19,886 bases of DNA from Candidatus Thorarchaeota archaeon. GTDB lineage: Archaea; Asgardarchaeota; Thorarchaeia; Thorarchaeales; Thorarchaeaceae. The first letter of the stretch is position 1. Each line of letters begins with the position of its first letter. Positions 17,319-19,886 of this stretch are shown in pieces. The position numbers were made by a program, and so were the translations under genes. The stretch spans positions 1-19,886 of the forward strand of contig DXJO01000005.1 of assembly GCA_019057475.1 (NCBI GenBank), in the 5' to 3' direction. The notes under the pieces were generated by a model. It saw nothing but the letters and a program-made list of their open reading frames with translations, made no database searches and was not told where the DNA came from.

Positions 17319-18692
17319 TTGGCTTTGTCAGAAACAGCTAGAAACAGATTCGATGAGATGCGGGAACTTCTTCGAGAATATCCATGGGATTTCATGGGCT
17401 TCCTTTTCATAGCGCTCTTGATTCCCAGAATATACAGCTTGACTAACACCTATTGGGTCGGTCATATCGACTACAGTTCTCTTGCAATAGCTGAGCAGTA
17501 TGAGTTCATGGGAATACTGATAGAAATCGTAAACGAAACAATACCATTCGGTATACTGGCACTGGTCAGTCAGAACTATCGCGATAGAAACGCCGTAGTC
17601 AGACAGCTTGTGGCAGGGCTGGTTCTTCAGTTAGTGCTGTCCACCATTCTCGCTGCTGCCATTCTTGTCAATATGTCGATGTTCGTGGATTTCATTGGCA
17701 CAGCACCTGAACTGGTTGATCAGACAGTGTCCTACTTGTCCTTGAGAGCATTGGCGCTTCCGTTCGCTTCAGTATCTTTGCTCTTAGTTGTAGGACTGAA
17801 GTCCATGGACCGGGCCAAGCTTGCACTTCTGATAGTCGCCTTGAATGTCGGAGTGAACATCATACTTGATCTTCTTCTTGTTTCTCCCTTTCCGTTCTCG
17901 CTCCAGCTAGGACTGACTGGTGTGGCACAAGGGTATCTCATTGCAAACATCATATACTGTTTCATTGCACTTACGGCGGCGATACGGACTCTGCAAATGC
18001 GACGCTCTGAGTGGGGAATAGGCCCGTTAATGACCCAATCACGACCGCTCTTCAAAGTCGGGGGTTGGACGGGGATTGATTCCTTTGTACGGAACTTCTT
18101 CTACTTTTTCGTTCTTCAAGTGCTGAACTTCATGGGTCCGAATCAGTATGCAGGCTTCCAGCTCTTCCAAAGGCTGATGTGGACTGCGCTGATCCCTGTC
18201 ATAGCATTATCAGAAGGGACTAGTATCCGGGTGGGGAACTATCTGAAGACTGAGGAAGCGGAATATAGGATTCCAAGGCTTCTTCAGACATCTGCTTTTC
18301 TAGGATTCCTAATAATCGCAGGCTTCGGATTACTCGGGTTGGTTGCGATAAATGCCATGGGGTTCTTCTTTACTTCAAATCCAGATGTTGTTCACTACTC
18401 AACAGTCATGTTCTGGTGGCAGATAGTCCCATACATCATCTTTGCAGTTTCAATGAATCTGAGAGGCGTGTTTTTCGGCACAGGGAAGACATACTACATT
18501 CTCATCGTGAGCTTGGTTCTCAATCTAGGGATTATCCTGCCATTCTTCTACATGATGAGTTCACTCATCCTTCCGCAGTCCTTTGAGTCCGTTATGCTCA
18601 TGTTTGTACTCGTGGATGCTGTGGACTTTGTAGTCACGTTTGCTCTTGTGAGGACACTGCTCAAACGACTCTTTCCAGTCAGTACAGTCTGA
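17319..18692 (+). CDS. MATE-family efflux transporter / flippase
   Basis: About 12 TM helices in two halves; TNTYWVGHI, NIILDLLL...LGLTGVA, IRVGNY and GVFFGTGKT motifs. Start uncertain (TTG 17319 after GGAG, or ATG 17358). Confidence 0.9.
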   Translation: MALSETARNRFDEMRELLREYPWDFMGFLFIALLIPRIYSLTNTYWVGHIDYSSLAIAEQYEFMGILIEIVNETIPFGILALVSQNYRDRNAVVRQLVAGLVLQLVLSTILAAAILVNMSMFVDFIGTAPELVDQTVSYLSLRALALPFASVSLLLVVGLKSMDRAKLALLIVALNVGVNIILDLLLVSPFPFSLQLGLTGVAQGYLIANIIYCFIALTAAIRTLQMRRSEWGIGPLMTQSRPLFKVGGWTGIDSFVRNFFYFFVLQVLNFMGPNQYAGFQLFQRLMWTALIPVIALSEGTSIRVGNYLKTEEAEYRIPRLLQTSAFLGFLIIAGFGLLGLVAINAMGFFFTSNPDVVHYSTVMFWWQIVPYIIFAVSMNLRGVFFGTGKTYYILIVSLVLNLGIILPFFYMMSSLILPQSFESVMLMFVLVDAVDFVVTFALVRTLLKRLFPVSTV

Positions 18693-18767
18693 CAAACCGG
18701 ATGGGTTAGATGCCAAGGATCAGCTCTCCGCCGTTCTCGTACGCACGGAGCTGGTTTCCTTGCCTGT

Positions 18768-18893
18768 TCAACCCCTTCCTCCCATATCTCGCCCAATCAC
18801 AGCCTCGTCCAATGCATTGTCAACGACCTTATTCAGATTCTCAACAAACTCATCACTGGTGACGAGGGCCATCTCCTCTACGTGGGGCGACAT
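18768..18893 (-). CDS. 41 aa hypothetical protein (MSPHVEEMALV...)
   Basis: ATG directly follows the TGA of 18894-19106; below the ORF-track length cutoff. Confidence 0.55.
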   Translation of the reverse strand: MSPHVEEMALVTSDEFVENLNKVVDNALDEAVIGRDMGGRG

Positions 18894-19106
18894 TCAGATA
18901 TCCTCCTTTGTGTCCTCACGCACGACAACCGCAGTCTTCGCTCGTTCGCGTGTTCTGTCCACTATGTAGATTGAGGTTTCCAAGAGTGACCCTGCAAACT
19001 CTTCAAGTCCTTCAGTCGCGTAACAGGTCTGAGCGCCGCTGAGCAGTTCCAGAATCGTGTCTAGGTTATGAACCAGACCTGCCATTGTGAACGCAATCTT
19101 ACTCAT
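18894..19106 (-). CDS. 70 aa hypothetical protein
   Basis: ATGAGTAA overlap with the upstream gene; GGAGG upstream. Confidence 0.65.
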   Translation of the reverse strand: MSKIAFTMAGLVHNLDTILELLSGAQTCYATEGLEEFAGSLLETSIYIVDRTRERAKTAVVVREDTKEDI

Positions 19107-19311
19107 CTTTCATTTCCTCCCATTTATCGTTTCTACGAACAGACACAATTTTCTCATCGGGATACATTCGTGTCTGGTCTAATCTCCAATAGTACCCCGC
19201 AGAATCACGGATTATCAAAACGCCCTCCTCTTTGCGGGCATAAATTTTACATCCAACTTCGGTGCGATAACAGATTCCTGCTTTGTATCCGTGGTGGCTG
19301 TATCGCGGCAT
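19099..19311 (-). CDS. 70 aa hypothetical protein (MPRYSHHG...)
   Basis: TAAAATG junction with the upstream gene; GGAGG upstream. Confidence 0.65.
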   Translation of the reverse strand: MPRYSHHGYKAGICYRTEVGCKIYARKEEGVLIIRDSAGYYWRLDQTRMYPDEKIVSVRRNDKWEEMKDE

Positions 19312-19312
19312 T

Positions 19313-19465
19313 TTACTTGTCCTCCTTCTCCTTCGCGGCCTCTCTCCTCTTCTTCCACCTCTCAGGGTCACAAAACCATCTGAGAAACAGACACCAACCC
19401 AGCGGTAATACAATAATCAATATGTTTTCGAGAACTGTATACTCTTCGATAGGCCAATAAAACAT
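19313..19465 (-). CDS. 50 aa single-TM protein with a charged tail (MFYWPIEEY...)
   Basis: GGAGG upstream and TGATG overlap; one hydrophobic helix followed by KKRREAAKEKEDK. Confidence 0.65.
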   Translation of the reverse strand: MFYWPIEEYTVLENILIIVLPLGWCLFLRWFCDPERWKKRREAAKEKEDK

Positions 19466-19622
19466 CAGTTTGCCCCCTCCTTGATAGTCCCATCTACGTT
19501 GTGTTTGAAAAGTGTTCCACACTCACAACACCTGCGCTTGTTCTGGGCAGCTGGTTCTGGGTCCCACACTTCGGGCATCGCTCTCTCTCCAAGATCTCCT
19601 CATACATCTTATCGACACTCAT
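19465..19622 (-). CDS. Small Zn-ribbon protein with a single-base frameshift
   Basis: MSVDK...RCPKCGTQNQLP, then in the -1 frame NKRRCCECGTLFKHNVDGTIKEGAN*, whose TGA overlaps the next ATG. Confidence 0.6.
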
Positions 19623-19886
19623 CTAATGCGCCTCCTTCTTCTTCGCTGGCCTCTTCTTGCCTTTGGGTCTCAAGGCTTTCTCCTTCTCTTCAATCTGTTC
19701 TTCCAGTTCTCTCAGGACTCGCTCTTGTTCCTTCATTGGTGGTTCTTTGTAGACTTCAACTTTCAACCATTCATCGACTGGCACCTTGCCGTTAGCCACG
19801 TCACGTATCAAATTCTCCAAGCTCGATATTCTTGCTTCCAAGTCGTCAGTTCTTTCTTCGGCAAGTCGCACACCGTTCTTTGTTAA
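19623..19886 (-). CDS. C-terminal part of a protein entering from the right edge (coiled coil and basic tail)
   Basis: Frame is open to base 19886 (LTKNGVRLAEERTDDLEARISSLENLI...); TAG abuts the next ATG. Confidence 0.65.
   Translation of the reverse strand, partial: LTKNGVRLAEERTDDLEARISSLENLIRDVANGKVPVDEWLKVEVYKEPPMKEQERVLRELEEQIEEKEKALRPKGKKRPAKKKEAH

Noticed and set aside
228-19886. Many 60-125 aa ORFs antisense to or nested in longer genes (e.g. 228-446, 3535-3816, 7462-7788, 8227-8532, 17732-18055, 19512-19886)
   Set aside because: Shadow frames of better-supported genes, without motifs or ribosome-binding sites.
19623-19886. Calling the right-edge partial ORF an integrase C-terminus
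   Set aside because: A coiled-coil tail is compatible with this, but no catalytic or Zn motif lies inside the window.
1-19886. tRNA, rRNA or other structured RNA genes
   Set aside because: No cloverleaf or rRNA-like segment recognised by eye; tRNAscan-SE/Infernal would be needed to exclude them formally.

Overview
Archaeal accessory region, probably Asgard/Thorarchaeia (inferred from two membrane-anchored NosD-type beta-helix proteins, GGAGG/GGTGA ribosome-binding sites and an MGRT-type PolB2-associated protein). No RNA genes or CRISPR array were seen. Intact single cargo genes include a GmrSD-like DUF262/DUF1524 nuclease, a NucS-like/DUF4268 nuclease, an HNH endonuclease, an HDR-type PLD-fold protein coupled to a HEXXH metallopeptidase, a HAD hydrolase, a MATE transporter and surface proteins. 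They are separated by short scars of other genes. Main structural observations: (i) three co-oriented ~60 bp repeats encoding the same C-terminal peptide (NPPYRQEKQM*) and a 27 bp perfect palindrome with a twin site punctuate the HAD/DUF4268/MATE run like att scars; (ii) the DUF262 gene lies between two 91 bp direct repeats that split one surface-protein gene in two; (iii) a coupled PLD-fold/zincin/mini winged-helix unit is a candidate novel defence system; (iv) a virus-like run of overlapping micro-ORFs occupies the right end. Four single-base frameshifts at homopolymers suggest assembly indels. All family calls come from motif recognition, not database searches.
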